Of a stretch of 15,231 nt of DNA, positions 1 to 7,204 are shown piece by piece (positions within the stretch are counted from its first letter, which is position 1; each line of letters opens with the position of its first letter). Made by a program: the position numbers and the translations under genes. Location: contig DAIDBB010000503.1 of assembly GCA_027310325.1 (NCBI GenBank), positions 1 to 15,231 on the forward strand. The letters are read 5' to 3'. The notes below the pieces were generated by a model. The model was not told the origin of the DNA. It worked only from the letters and a program-made list of their open reading frames with translations, and made no database searches. This DNA comes from a bacterium (GTDB lineage Bacteria > Desulfobacterota > GWC2-55-46).

Positions 1-121
1 CGATCTTTTTCCTCTTTACCTCGCCCTTTATGAGGTAGCTGCCGACGAGGATGGCTATTACGTACATAAGCCCATAAAAACGTATCTCTATTGGGCCCCA
101 TTTGAAGAGTATTGGATGCAA
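1..121 (-). CDS. lgt: Prolipoprotein diacylglyceryl transferase (Lgt), N-terminal ~40 codons; the gene continues beyond the window start
   Basis: Minus-strand frame starting at TTG (rc of 119-121) with GGAGGG (rc of 126-131) 6 nt upstream. Translation is LHPILFKWGPIEIRFYGLMYVIAILVGSYLIKGEVKRKKI, matching the characteristic Lgt N-terminus (HPILF.iGP..i..YGLMY). Lies 16 nt downstream of the thiG stop. Not in the supplied ORF track because it is truncated. Confidence 0.55.
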   Translation of the reverse strand, partial: MHPILFKWGPIEIRFYGLMYVIAILVGSYLIKGEVKRKKI

Positions 122-137
122 CTGGTCCCTCCTTATG

Positions 138-908
138 TCACTCTATGAGTCCCTGCAATGGACTCGACGCAGAGGCGTAGAGCTTTTTTGGAATCCTCCC
201 CGAAAGATAAGCGAGCCTCCCGGCCTCGACGGCAAGCCTCATGGCTTTCGCCATCCCGACCGGGTCCTTTGCTCCGGCTATCCCGGTATTCATGAGTATG
301 CCGTGGCATCCCAGCTCCATGGCGACGGCCGCGTCCGAGGCCGTGCCGACCCCGGCGTCGACTATCACGGGGACCTTTACGGTCTCAAGTATTATCCTTA
401 TGTTGTGCGGGTTCCTTATGCCGAGGCCAGAGCCAATAGGCGCGGCCAGGGGCATTACTGCGGCGCATCCCAGGTCCTCGAGCTTTCTTGCCATTATCGG
501 GTCGTCGTTAGTGTAAGGCAGCACCGAAAAACCCTCCTTTACCAGCACCCGCGCCGATTCGAGAAGCGCCTCGTTATCCGGGAAAAGCGTCTTCTCATCG
601 CCCAGGACCTCGAGCTTTACGAACTCGGTTTCAAGGGCCTCCCTCGCAAGCATGGCCGTCCTTATCGCGTCCGCGGCGGTGTAACACCCGGCGGTATTCG
701 GAAGGAGCGTAAACTTTTTCGTATCTATATGGTCTAGCATCGATGCCCGGGTCCTGTCGAGGTTTACCCTTCTAACGGCAACGGTAACGACCTCGGCCCC
801 TGATGCGTCGAGCGCCTTTTTCATTATCTCGTTCGTCGGGTATTTCCCTGTGCCGACCATCAGCCTCGATTTAAATACCCGCTTTCCTATCTTAAGCGCC
901 TCTTCCAT
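138..908 (-). CDS. thiG: Thiazole synthase ThiG
   Basis: 256-aa ORF. N-terminus [19 protein letters not shown] and the (beta/alpha)8 pattern ...[14 protein letters not shown]... are typical of ThiG. RBS AAAGGAGAAG sits immediately upstream of the ATG at 908. TGA stop. Confidence 0.9.
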   Translation of the reverse strand: MEEALKIGKRVFKSRLMVGTGKYPTNEIMKKALDASGAEVVTVAVRRVNLDRTRASMLDHIDTKKFTLLPNTAGCYTAADAIRTAMLAREALETEFVKLEVLGDEKTLFPDNEALLESARVLVKEGFSVLPYTNDDPIMARKLEDLGCAAVMPLAAPIGSGLGIRNPHNIRIILETVKVPVIVDAGVGTASDAAVAMELGCHGILMNTGIAGAKDPVGMAKAMRLAVEAGRLAYLSGRIPKKLYASASSPLQGLIE

Positions 909-954
909 GACTTCTCCTTTTGCTTGTTAACCCCTGAGGGAAACTCTCAAAGTG

Positions 955-1155
955 CTAGCCGCCGCCCGTCATTCTTACTATTTCTATAACGTCGTCCTCT
1001 TTTATTAAGGTCTCCTCGAACCTGCTCTTTGGAACTATCTCCCTATTTATGTCTATCGCTATGCCCTGGGGTTTTATGTCGAGGGCGGCAAGAAGCCCCT
1101 TGACCGTCACCCCGTCTTCTACGTCTCTCGCTTGGCCGTTTACGCGTATCTTCAT
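955..1155 (-). CDS. thiS: Sulfur-carrier protein ThiS (66 aa, C-terminal GG)
   Basis: MKIRVNGQ...VRMTGGG: ubiquitin-like fold signature with C-terminal Gly-Gly. The ORF-track start at 1215 overlaps the thiH C-terminus, so the internal Met at 1155, 10 nt after the thiH stop, is used instead. TAG stop. Confidence 0.8.
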   Translation of the reverse strand: MKIRVNGQARDVEDGVTVKGLLAALDIKPQGIAIDINREIVPKSRFEETLIKEDDVIEIVRMTGGG

Positions 1156-1165
1156 ATTAATGCGT

Positions 1166-2524
1166 TTAGAAGTAAAGGTCCCTCTTGCCGGCCTCGATCT
1201 CGCCCAGTTTCTCAATTATAGCCTTTTTCATGGCAGGGTCTTTTACATCGGCGAGGGCCCTTTCTATGGCCCCCTGCACAGCCTCTCTCGAGCCGTTCTT
1301 TAAGCTGTAAAAAAGAAATTCCTTGAGCGTAAGGATGGCGTTCGCCTGGCAGAATTTTTCCATCTGCCCCGAGGAGGTCTTTTCAGTGAACTCCGCGCCG
1401 GTCCTTCCGACCCTGTAGCAGGTCGTGCATAGGCTCGGCAGGAACCCTTCGTGGATCGTTGACCTCATTACCTCGATGAGGGTCCTATGGTCGTTGGTCG
1501 AGAACTGCTCGAGCGTCTCTTTTTCTCCGCCCGTGTATCCGCCGGGGTCGGTCCGCGACCCTGCGCTCATCTGTGAGGCGCCTATGTGCATGAGAACGCT
1601 CCGCAAGGGGGCCGGTTCCCTCGTCGTTATGACAAGCCCTGCGGCAGGAACGCTTAAACGGAATACGGCCGCTATCTTTTTAAAGTCTTCGTCGGAAACC
1701 GCGTAAGGCGCCTCTCCGGCAGCCGCGTCTTCCGCGGGCCGGAGCCTCGGGATGGAGATAGTATGGGCATGGGCGCCGAATCTTTCGTAAAGGTGGATAG
1801 AATGGGCTATTGTGGAGAGACAGTCGAATTTGTAGTCATAGAGGCCGAGGAGCGGCCCTATGCCGACGTCCTCGAACCCCGCCTCCATGGCCCTGTCCAT
1901 GCAGTCGAGCCTGTAGTCAAAGTCTTTTTTCCTGCCCCAGGGGTGCATCTTTTCATAGGTCGGCCTGTGGTAGGTCTCCTGAAATGACTGGTATACGCCC
2001 GCGCCGGAGGCCTTCAATTTCCTCAGGTCTTCGGTATCCACGGGCGGCGCGTTGACGTGGACTATCCTTATTCCGGTGTCGTCATAGACGGCCCTTACGC
2101 AGGATATTATGTAATCGAGTCCCCACCTCGGGTCTTCGCCCGTAACGAGAAGCACCCTTTTAAAGCCCTTCTCCTCGAGCGCCCTTGCCTCGCGGACGAC
2201 CTCCTGCACGGTGAGGGCCTTTCTCGCGACCGACCCGTTGGCGCTCCGGAAGCCGCAGTAGACGCACCCGTTCGTGCAGTAGTTCGAGAGATAGAGCGGG
2301 GCGAAAAAAACGATCCGCTTCCCGAAGACGCGCTCCTTCACTTCCCCGGCCTTTTTGTAGAGGGCGGCCAACGCGCCTTCATCCGTCATGGAGAGAAGCG
2401 CGGCGGCCTCTTGAAGATTAAGCCCCTTGCCGAGGGACGCCTTGTCGAGAATCGAGGAGACGTTCCCGTGGGACGCGTCCGGGTTTTTTATCAGGGCCTC
2501 GATGTAACCAGTATCTATCTTCAT
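1166..2524 (-). CDS. thiH: Radical-SAM tyrosine lyase (2-iminoacetate synthase ThiH) with a HydG-like C-terminal extension
   Basis: 452 aa. Radical-SAM CX3CX2C motif (CTNGCVYC) in a ThiH/HydG-like N-terminal half. C-terminal LCTTCYRVGRTGAEFTEKTSSGQMEKFC is a CX2CX22C motif (counted by hand). First gene after the TPP riboswitch and directly upstream of thiS-thiG, so the functional call is ThiH. Confidence 0.85.
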   Translation of the reverse strand: MKIDTGYIEALIKNPDASHGNVSSILDKASLGKGLNLQEAAALLSMTDEGALAALYKKAGEVKERVFGKRIVFFAPLYLSNYCTNGCVYCGFRSANGSVARKALTVQEVVREARALEEKGFKRVLLVTGEDPRWGLDYIISCVRAVYDDTGIRIVHVNAPPVDTEDLRKLKASGAGVYQSFQETYHRPTYEKMHPWGRKKDFDYRLDCMDRAMEAGFEDVGIGPLLGLYDYKFDCLSTIAHSIHLYERFGAHAHTISIPRLRPAEDAAAGEAPYAVSDEDFKKIAAVFRLSVPAAGLVITTREPAPLRSVLMHIGASQMSAGSRTDPGGYTGGEKETLEQFSTNDHRTLIEVMRSTIHEGFLPSLCTTCYRVGRTGAEFTEKTSSGQMEKFCQANAILTLKEFLFYSLKNGSREAVQGAIERALADVKDPAMKKAIIEKLGEIEAGKRDLYF

Positions 2525-2535
2525 CTTTCGGAAAT

Positions 2536-2566
2536 GTAAAAAGCCGCCGGAAGGCGGCTCTACTCT
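2536..2566 (-). terminator. Intrinsic terminator forming the riboswitch expression platform
   Basis: Minus strand: AGAGCCGCC-UUCC-GGCGGCUUU stem (GC-rich 6-9 bp, tetraloop) followed by UUUUUACAUUU, ending about 12 nt before the thiH ATG. Confidence 0.65.
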
Positions 2567-2690
2567 CGGGCGGGGAGGTCCCGCGAATATCCAATAGCCG
2601 CTTCCCTACGCTGGCATTAACCAGATCAGGTCGTTAGGGTCTTCTCATTCAGGAGAACTCTCAGTCCGTACGGACTCCCCTAGCGTTATT
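2536..2690 (-). promoter_or_regulatory. TPP (THI-box) riboswitch with terminator expression platform
   Basis: Minus-strand RNA reads GCUAGGGGAGUCCGUACGGACUGAGAG-UUCUCCUGAAUGAGAAG-ACCCUAACGACCUGAUCUGGUUAAUGCCAGCGUAGGGAAGC. This contains the universally conserved CUGAGA and ACCUGAUCUGG(A/U)UAAUGCCAGCGUAGGGAA THI-box elements with a P3 stem between them. It is followed by the terminator hairpin and lies directly upstream of thiH. Confidence 0.88.
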
Positions 2691-2723
2691 TAAATTTTTA
2701 TTTTGAGTTTATTTAGTCTACAA

Positions 2724-2747
2724 AGGGCGGCTCGATACAAGGCCGCC
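2724..2747 (-). terminator. GC-rich hairpin, possible terminator for the ANTAR regulator gene or 5' structure of the thi leader
   Basis: GGGCGGC-tcgatacaag-GCCGCC inverted repeat. On the minus strand it is followed by CCUUUGUAG, a weak U tract. Lies about 220 nt downstream of the regulator stop. Confidence 0.3.
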
Positions 2748-2759
2748 ACTCATATATTA

Positions 2760-2788
2760 AAGATAACAGGGGCATTTCTTTAAGTCAA
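2760..2788 (-). promoter_or_regulatory. Candidate sigma70 promoter for the riboswitch-thiHSG-lgt transcript
   Basis: Minus strand TTGACT (rc of 2783-2788), 17 nt, TATCTT (rc of 2760-2765). An alternative weaker TTGTAG-N17-TAAAAA lies immediately upstream of the aptamer. Pattern match only. Confidence 0.3.
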
Positions 2789-2965
2789 GCCTCTACTTTC
2801 TTTTTCGAGAAAAGGAAAGCAAAGAAAAAGCTATCTGTTGGCGCGCTCACATGGGAGCCATGAAACAATGAACAAAATGACTGATTTCCTGGAAAAGAGG
2901 TGTCTGTCGGCGAAGGGCTTCGAGGAAGCCGTTATAGGATTAAACAACGCGGATAATACCGGAGT

Positions 2966-3580
2966 TCAGATCAGCTTGCTCGCCGAGATGATCCCCTCCG
3001 CTATTTCGCGCATCTTTTTGTTTTCTTTCTGGGAGTGGGTCTGGAGGAGCTTGAAGGCATCTTCCTCGGAGATATTGCACCTTTTCATAAGGATGCCCTT
3101 GGCCCTCTCGACGAGTTTCCGGGTCTCCATGGCGTCCTTAAGGTCGTTGACCTCGACCTTGAGGCTTCTGAACTCGTTAAACCTGGCGAGCGCGAGCTTT
3201 ATAGCCGGCTCAAGCTGTTTTTTTGTAACGGGTTTTACGAGATACGCAAAGACACCGGCCTCTATGGCCTTTGCGGCCATTTCGTCCGAGGAGATTCCGG
3301 TTATAAGGATAATAGGTACGGGACCCTTTGAGGATATGAGCTTCGCGGCGTCTATGCCGTCCATCTCGGGCATCTTGATATCCATAATGACGAGGTTAGG
3401 GTTTACCTCAGCCGCCTTTTCGACCGCGGCCTTGCCGTTGGTTACCGTGCCGACTACGTTGTAACCGAGGAGTTCAAGCTGATTTTTAAGGAAGAGCCTG
3501 GTCTTCGCGTTATCCTCCGCGATAAGGACCTTGTTCGTTTCCTCTTCCTTTGTTATCGGTACTGCCTTCATGACGTGCAT
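2966..3580 (-). CDS. Response regulator with ANTAR RNA-binding antiterminator output domain (AmiR/NasT/EutV family)
   Basis: 204 aa. N-terminal receiver domain (KVLIAEDN...NLVIMDIKMPEMDGI...ILITG...KAIEAGVFAYLVKP). C-terminal ANTAR signature (ETRKLVERAKGILMKRCNISEEDAFKLLQTHSQKENKKMREIAEGII). RBS GAGGG is 5-6 nt upstream of the ATG at 3580. Confidence 0.85.
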   Translation of the reverse strand: MHVMKAVPITKEEETNKVLIAEDNAKTRLFLKNQLELLGYNVVGTVTNGKAAVEKAAEVNPNLVIMDIKMPEMDGIDAAKLISSKGPVPIILITGISSDEMAAKAIEAGVFAYLVKPVTKKQLEPAIKLALARFNEFRSLKVEVNDLKDAMETRKLVERAKGILMKRCNISEEDAFKLLQTHSQKENKKMREIAEGIISASKLI

Positions 3581-3711
3581 ATAGCCCTCGCGACTATTTG
3601 AAATAAGATAGTATATACAAGGATTTAAGTCAATAAATTTTTCGCGTTTTCCCTCAAGAAATATGGAGGTGGAAAATACCCTTGTTTTTAAGCCACTTTG
3701 CGCCGCCCCGG

Positions 3712-4731
3712 TCAGCTCTGTTGCCCTTTCCCCGATCTTATGTGTCTCTGGTAAAGGCTTACGGCCCTGTGGTGTTCCTTAAGGCTCCTTGAGAAGAAAT
3801 GCGTGCCGTCGTTTTTCGATACGAAATAAAGATAATCTCCCCTGGCCGGATTTATGGCCGCTCGAAGCGACGCCCTGCCGGGGTTTGAGATCGGCCCGGG
3901 CGGCAGGCCATAATAAAAATAGGTGTTGTGCGGCCTTCTGGCCCGCAGGTCTTTTCTTGTCAGGGCTCCGCTGAAGTCCATTATGTCATATATAACGGTA
4001 GGATCGCTTTGAAGCTTTACGCCTTTTTTGAGCCTGTTGTGAAAGACCGCGGATACGAGCTCCCGTTCCTGGGGTGAGCCGGTCTCCTTTTCTATGATTG
4101 AGGCCAATGTAACGGCCTTAAGCATCGTCATCCCTCTTTTTTTGGCGTCCCCGGCGAACTCGGAGGCATAGACGGTCAGGAACCTTCCGACCATCCTGGC
4201 GATTATCTCCTCGTCGCTCATCCCTTTTGTAAACTCGTATGTATCGGGAAAGAGGTAGCCCTCGAGCGTATGTCCGCTGAAACCGAGGGTCTTGGCGTAA
4301 TTCCCGTCAGACACTTTCGAAAGGAACCGTCCCTCGTCCACCAGGCCCTGCCCTGCAAGGACAGCCGTGACCTCGCGAATGTTATAGCCCTCGGGTATCG
4401 TGACTATATATTTTTTTACCTTGCCTTTTACGAGCATATCGAGGATATGGAGCGGCGTCATGGAGCTATCGAGCTCGTATTCGCCCGCCCTGACCTTCTT
4501 GTAGTCCCCCAGGATGCTGGCGGCAAAGATAAAACTCTCGGCGCTCCTTATCACGCCCTTTTCCTCAAGGTCCGTAGCGACGACCCTGAAACTCGTGCCT
4601 TTCTGGATATTGACGACCTTTTTTCCTCCAGCGCGCGGGGCCGGGACAAAGAACGTTATGTAGAGGTCGACGGCGGCAAGGACAAAGGCAGCCGAGAGAA
4701 GAAATATTATTATCTTAACGCGTCTGGTCAT
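3712..4731 (-). CDS. mltG: Endolytic murein transglycosylase MltG (YceG-like)
   Basis: 339 aa. N-terminal TM helix followed by a YceG-like domain (…GTSFRVVATDLEEKGVI…, …LQSDPTVIY…, …YNTYFYYGLPPGPISNPG…). Located immediately downstream of ruvX, as in many bacteria. Confidence 0.85.
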   Translation of the reverse strand: MTRRVKIIIFLLSAAFVLAAVDLYITFFVPAPRAGGKKVVNIQKGTSFRVVATDLEEKGVIRSAESFIFAASILGDYKKVRAGEYELDSSMTPLHILDMLVKGKVKKYIVTIPEGYNIREVTAVLAGQGLVDEGRFLSKVSDGNYAKTLGFSGHTLEGYLFPDTYEFTKGMSDEEIIARMVGRFLTVYASEFAGDAKKRGMTMLKAVTLASIIEKETGSPQERELVSAVFHNRLKKGVKLQSDPTVIYDIMDFSGALTRKDLRARRPHNTYFYYGLPPGPISNPGRASLRAAINPARGDYLYFVSKNDGTHFFSRSLKEHHRAVSLYQRHIRSGKGQQS

Positions 4732-4792
4732 CTATCATCAGAAATGCCGGGTTAAATATTCCGCCGGACGGGCATTTTCATAACCCGCCCTT

Positions 4793-5212
4793 TCAATGGG
4801 CGAGCCTACGGCTGTCGAGGTACCCCTGCAAAATATATGAAGCCGCGAGCTTATCCACGACCGATTTTCTTTTGGCCCGGCTGGCGTCCCCTTCTATAAG
4901 GACCCTTGTCACGGCAACGGTCGAAAGCCTCTCATCCCATGTTTCAATCGGGACCGGGATCTTATCCTTGATTTTATCGATAAACCTCTGCGTCTCTTTT
5001 GCCCTGGGGCCGGGCGTGCCGTCCATATTGACGGGCATGCCAACCACGATCAATTTAATCGAGTGTCCCTCTGTTAGGCTACGTATCTTTTCCAGGTCCA
5101 CTGAAAGGGAACTTCTCTTTATGACACAAAGGGGCTGCGCTATAAGCCCGGACTCATCGCTTATCGCAACGCCTATGGTCTTTGTCCCCACGTCAAACCC
5201 CATTATCCTCAT
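4793..5212 (-). CDS. ruvX: Holliday-junction resolvase-like pre-16S rRNA nuclease RuvX (YqgF)
   Basis: MRIMGFDVGTKTIGVAISDE...LIVVGMP...DERLSTV matches the YqgF/RuvX family. The ORF-track start at 5248 adds 12 unlikely residues; the start is set to the Met at 5212, with a further candidate at 5203 that has a GAGGA 4 nt upstream. Confidence 0.82.
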   Translation of the reverse strand: MRIMGFDVGTKTIGVAISDESGLIAQPLCVIKRSSLSVDLEKIRSLTEGHSIKLIVVGMPVNMDGTPGPRAKETQRFIDKIKDKIPVPIETWDERLSTVAVTRVLIEGDASRAKRKSVVDKLAASYILQGYLDSRRLAH

Positions 5213-5282
5213 TTTGAAATGATACCGTTTTACGCCCCCCCCTTTCAAGGCCTTTTCGCCACCTTTTTGAAAAAGGTATGAC

Positions 5283-5296
5283 CCCCAAAAAAATCA
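5283..5296 (+). repeat. Direct repeat copy 1 (CCCCAAAAAAATCA) upstream of tRNA-Val
   Basis: Exact 14-mer, also present at 5459-5472 immediately 3' of the tRNA. Confidence 0.6.
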
Positions 5297-5330
5297 CAAT
5301 CACCGGTCAACGCGGACCGATCGGAGGCCC

Positions 5331-5359
5331 TTGACTTTGAAGTCCTGTTCCTATAATAT
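5331..5359 (+). promoter_or_regulatory. Sigma70-type promoter for tRNA-Val
   Basis: TTGACT (5331-5336), 15-17 nt spacer, TATAAT/TAATAT (5352-5359). Predicted TSS is about 15-20 nt before the tRNA 5' end. Confidence 0.6.
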
Positions 5360-5379
5360 CCATTATATCAAGCTGCTAT

Positions 5380-5454
5380 GGGCGGTTAACTCAGCGGTAG
5401 AGTGCCACATTCACACGGTGGAAGTCACAGGTTCAAACCCTGTACCGCCCACCA
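5380..5454 (+). tRNA. tRNA-Val (anticodon CAC)
   Basis: 75 nt with encoded CCA. 7-bp acceptor stem GGGCGGT/ACCGCCC, D arm ACTC-AGCGGTA-GAGT, anticodon arm CCACA-TTCACAC-GGTGG (U33, A37, one A.G at 31-39), T arm ACAGG-TTCAAAC-CCTGT, discriminator A73. Folded by hand. Confidence 0.78.
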
Positions 5455-5458
5455 TAAT

Positions 5459-5472
5459 CCCCAAAAAAATCA
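5459..5472 (+). repeat. Direct repeat copy 2 (CCCCAAAAAAATCA) abutting the tRNA-Val 3' end
   Basis: Exact 14-mer identical to 5283-5296. A third CCCCAAAAAA occurs in a hairpin loop at 10161-10170. Confidence 0.6.
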
Positions 5473-5682
5473 GGCAGTTACGGATTTGTCCGGGGTCGAT
5501 GACGCGTCCTTGTTGTCGGACCAAACATCGGTCATTACGATGTTTTGTATATCCTTTATCTATCAGTCGTTTCTATTGACTCATTCGCCGGGCCATATCC
5601 GTTTATACAAAACCATCTGGTTCCTTTTTTCCCGGGCTTGACCTGTCCGATTTCCTGCGATTTGAATAGATAGGTCGTGAAT

Positions 5683-5711
5683 TTGACAGAGAAGCTTACG
5701 TGACCTAAAAT
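5683..5711 (+). promoter_or_regulatory. Candidate sigma70 promoter for the deaminase gene
   Basis: TTGACA (5683-5688), 17 nt, TAAAAT (5706-5711), about 75 nt upstream of the ATG at 5788. Confidence 0.45.
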
Positions 5712-5787
5712 TAGTTGCAGCACTCTTTCTTATACTTTTCGAATAGGCACGGGTGAAACCTGACGAAGACAGGATTGTGACGAAAAT

Positions 5788-6375
5788 ATGAAAGAAACAG
5801 GATTGAAACTAATACTGCCGGGGTGGGTCGGCGATTTTCTCGATGATTCGAAGGCTTATCCTGAGATAGAGGACAGGATGAGGCTTGTGATCGGTCTTGC
5901 GAGGAAGAATATCGAGATGGGGACTGGAGGCCCTTTTGGATCGGCCGTTTTCGATATGGGCACTCACAGGCTGATATCGGTTGGGGTCAATCTCGTCGAG
6001 AGTTCAAACTGCTCCGTCCTTCACGCAGAGATGGTAGCATTGATCCTTGCCCAGGAAAAACTGAGGAGTTATGACCTCGGCGCGGAAGGGATGCCAGAGT
6101 GCGAACTTGTCTCCAGCGCGGAGCCGTGCGCCATGTGTTTCGGCGCGATACCATGGTCGGGAGTAAGAAGGCTTGTCTGCGGCGCTTCAGGTGAGGTTGC
6201 GGAAGCTATAGGTTTTGATGAGGGAGACAAGGTCGGCGACTGGGCCGGATCACTGAACCGGCTCGGCATGGAAGTCATCAAAAATGTTCTCGGAGCCGAG
6301 GCTGCTGAGGTACTGAGGCAATATTTGCGGATGGGAGGGAAGATTTATAATTCTCGGATTCAAAGGAGAAGGTAG
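5788..6375 (+). CDS. CDA-fold zinc deaminase, guanine deaminase (GuaD)/TadA-like
   Basis: 195 aa. Zn-binding motifs HAEMVAL and PCAMCFGAI (H-A-E ... P-C-x-x-C). GTGGPFGSAVFD and AIGFDEGDK resemble Bacillus-type guanine deaminase GuaD more than TadA. Confidence 0.75.
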   Translation: MKETGLKLILPGWVGDFLDDSKAYPEIEDRMRLVIGLARKNIEMGTGGPFGSAVFDMGTHRLISVGVNLVESSNCSVLHAEMVALILAQEKLRSYDLGAEGMPECELVSSAEPCAMCFGAIPWSGVRRLVCGASGEVAEAIGFDEGDKVGDWAGSLNRLGMEVIKNVLGAEAAEVLRQYLRMGGKIYNSRIQRRR

Positions 6376-6766
6376 CACCAGTTGGAATGTTTCAATACAC
6401 CCGCTCTTTACTTCACTCAAATTACATAAACACCACCTTCCTTGAAAGATTCCACCCGCGATATAAAGTTTCTCTAAGGAACTAGCGTCGCCTTTGAAGC
6501 CTTTTATACGGTTCTTAGTCGCCAACCCTTCCAGACAGACATCTCCGAAAATCAAAAAATTGAAATAAATTGTCCCGAAACCTGGAGCTGGCTGTCCTTA
6601 TGGCCAAAGATGCTCGTGGCTGACCCCGTGGGCTATTCACTTACGCCTCCCACCAATCCAAGCCTCTTTGAGGCCGCGCGGATCGCCGGCGTAAACTTTC
6701 TCGAGGAACTCTGGGCCTCGGGAAGGGCTCCCTGGAAGGTCTGGAAATGAGCCCAAGCTAAACTAT

Positions 6767-6884
6767 GTTGGTCTTCCGGGATATGATATACTGCCGATGA
6801 GCCATGGTCTTTTCTCCTTTGTTAAGATTCGTTGGGGAACTTATCTTTAACCGGAAGACCATGACTCTTTCCACTTAAAGAGTC
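6767..6884. repeat. Cluster of interlocking inverted repeats in a long non-coding region
   Basis: GGTCTTCCGG (6769-6778) and CCATGGTCTT (6801-6810) are both complementary to CCGGAAGACCATG (6850-6862), giving mutually exclusive pairings. These are followed by a perfect hairpin GACTCTTT-ccactt-AAAGAGTC (6862-6884). Confidence 0.5.
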
Positions 6885-7032
6885 TTCAACTGTAAACGCT
6901 TTTCGTGACTGCCCCACGTAAGGCGCTTATTAAAGTTCTTCTCAAAATGTAAAGGTTAGCCAAAAAGGCCCCTTCAGCTTTTCGTACTTTTATCGGTAAT
7001 CTTACATCTTCAAACTCACTATACATGTGAAC

Positions 7033-7041
7033 GGGGGGGGG
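7033..7041. repeat. G9 homopolymeric tract
   Basis: Nine consecutive G about 100 bp upstream of the putative promoter of the 7205 gene. A C8 tract also lies at 5235-5242 in the ruvX promoter region. Confidence 0.7.
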
Positions 7042-7138
7042 CAGCCGTGTCGCAATTTTCCTTCCTGTACCTGACACTAAAGTTTTTTTCTCAGACACCG
7101 CGCTTCTCTCTCTTCTCAAGGGCTTGTCTCGTGAATTT

Positions 7139-7166
7139 TTGACTTTCGCGTTCATTCTGATACTAT
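7139..7166 (+). promoter_or_regulatory. Candidate promoter for the secreted-protein gene
   Basis: TTGACT (7139-7144), 16 nt, TACTAT (7161-7166). A strong RBS GGGAGGGG lies 5-7 nt before the ATG at 7205. Confidence 0.35.
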
Positions 7167-7204
7167 TGATACAAATCTCTGGTAATAGATAATCGGGAGG
7201 GGAT

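Noticed and set aside
102-737. 211-aa plus-strand ORF
   Set aside because: Entirely antisense to the well-supported thiG. No RBS, and an Arg/Gly-rich low-complexity translation typical of GC-rich antisense frames.
1156-1215. N-terminal extension of thiS to 1215
   Set aside because: Overlaps the thiH C-terminus in another frame. Conserved ThiS begins at MKIRVNG.
2057-2539. 160-aa plus-strand ORF, plus other plus-strand ORFs 1049-2055
   Set aside because: Antisense to thiH. No independent support.
2838-3464. 208-aa plus-strand ORF (also 3035-3331)
   Set aside because: Antisense to the REC-ANTAR regulator, whose domain signatures are unambiguous on the minus strand.
5331-5641. ORFs 5331-5579 and 5402-5641 (+)
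   Set aside because: Overlap the tRNA-Val gene and its promoter. Translation artefacts.
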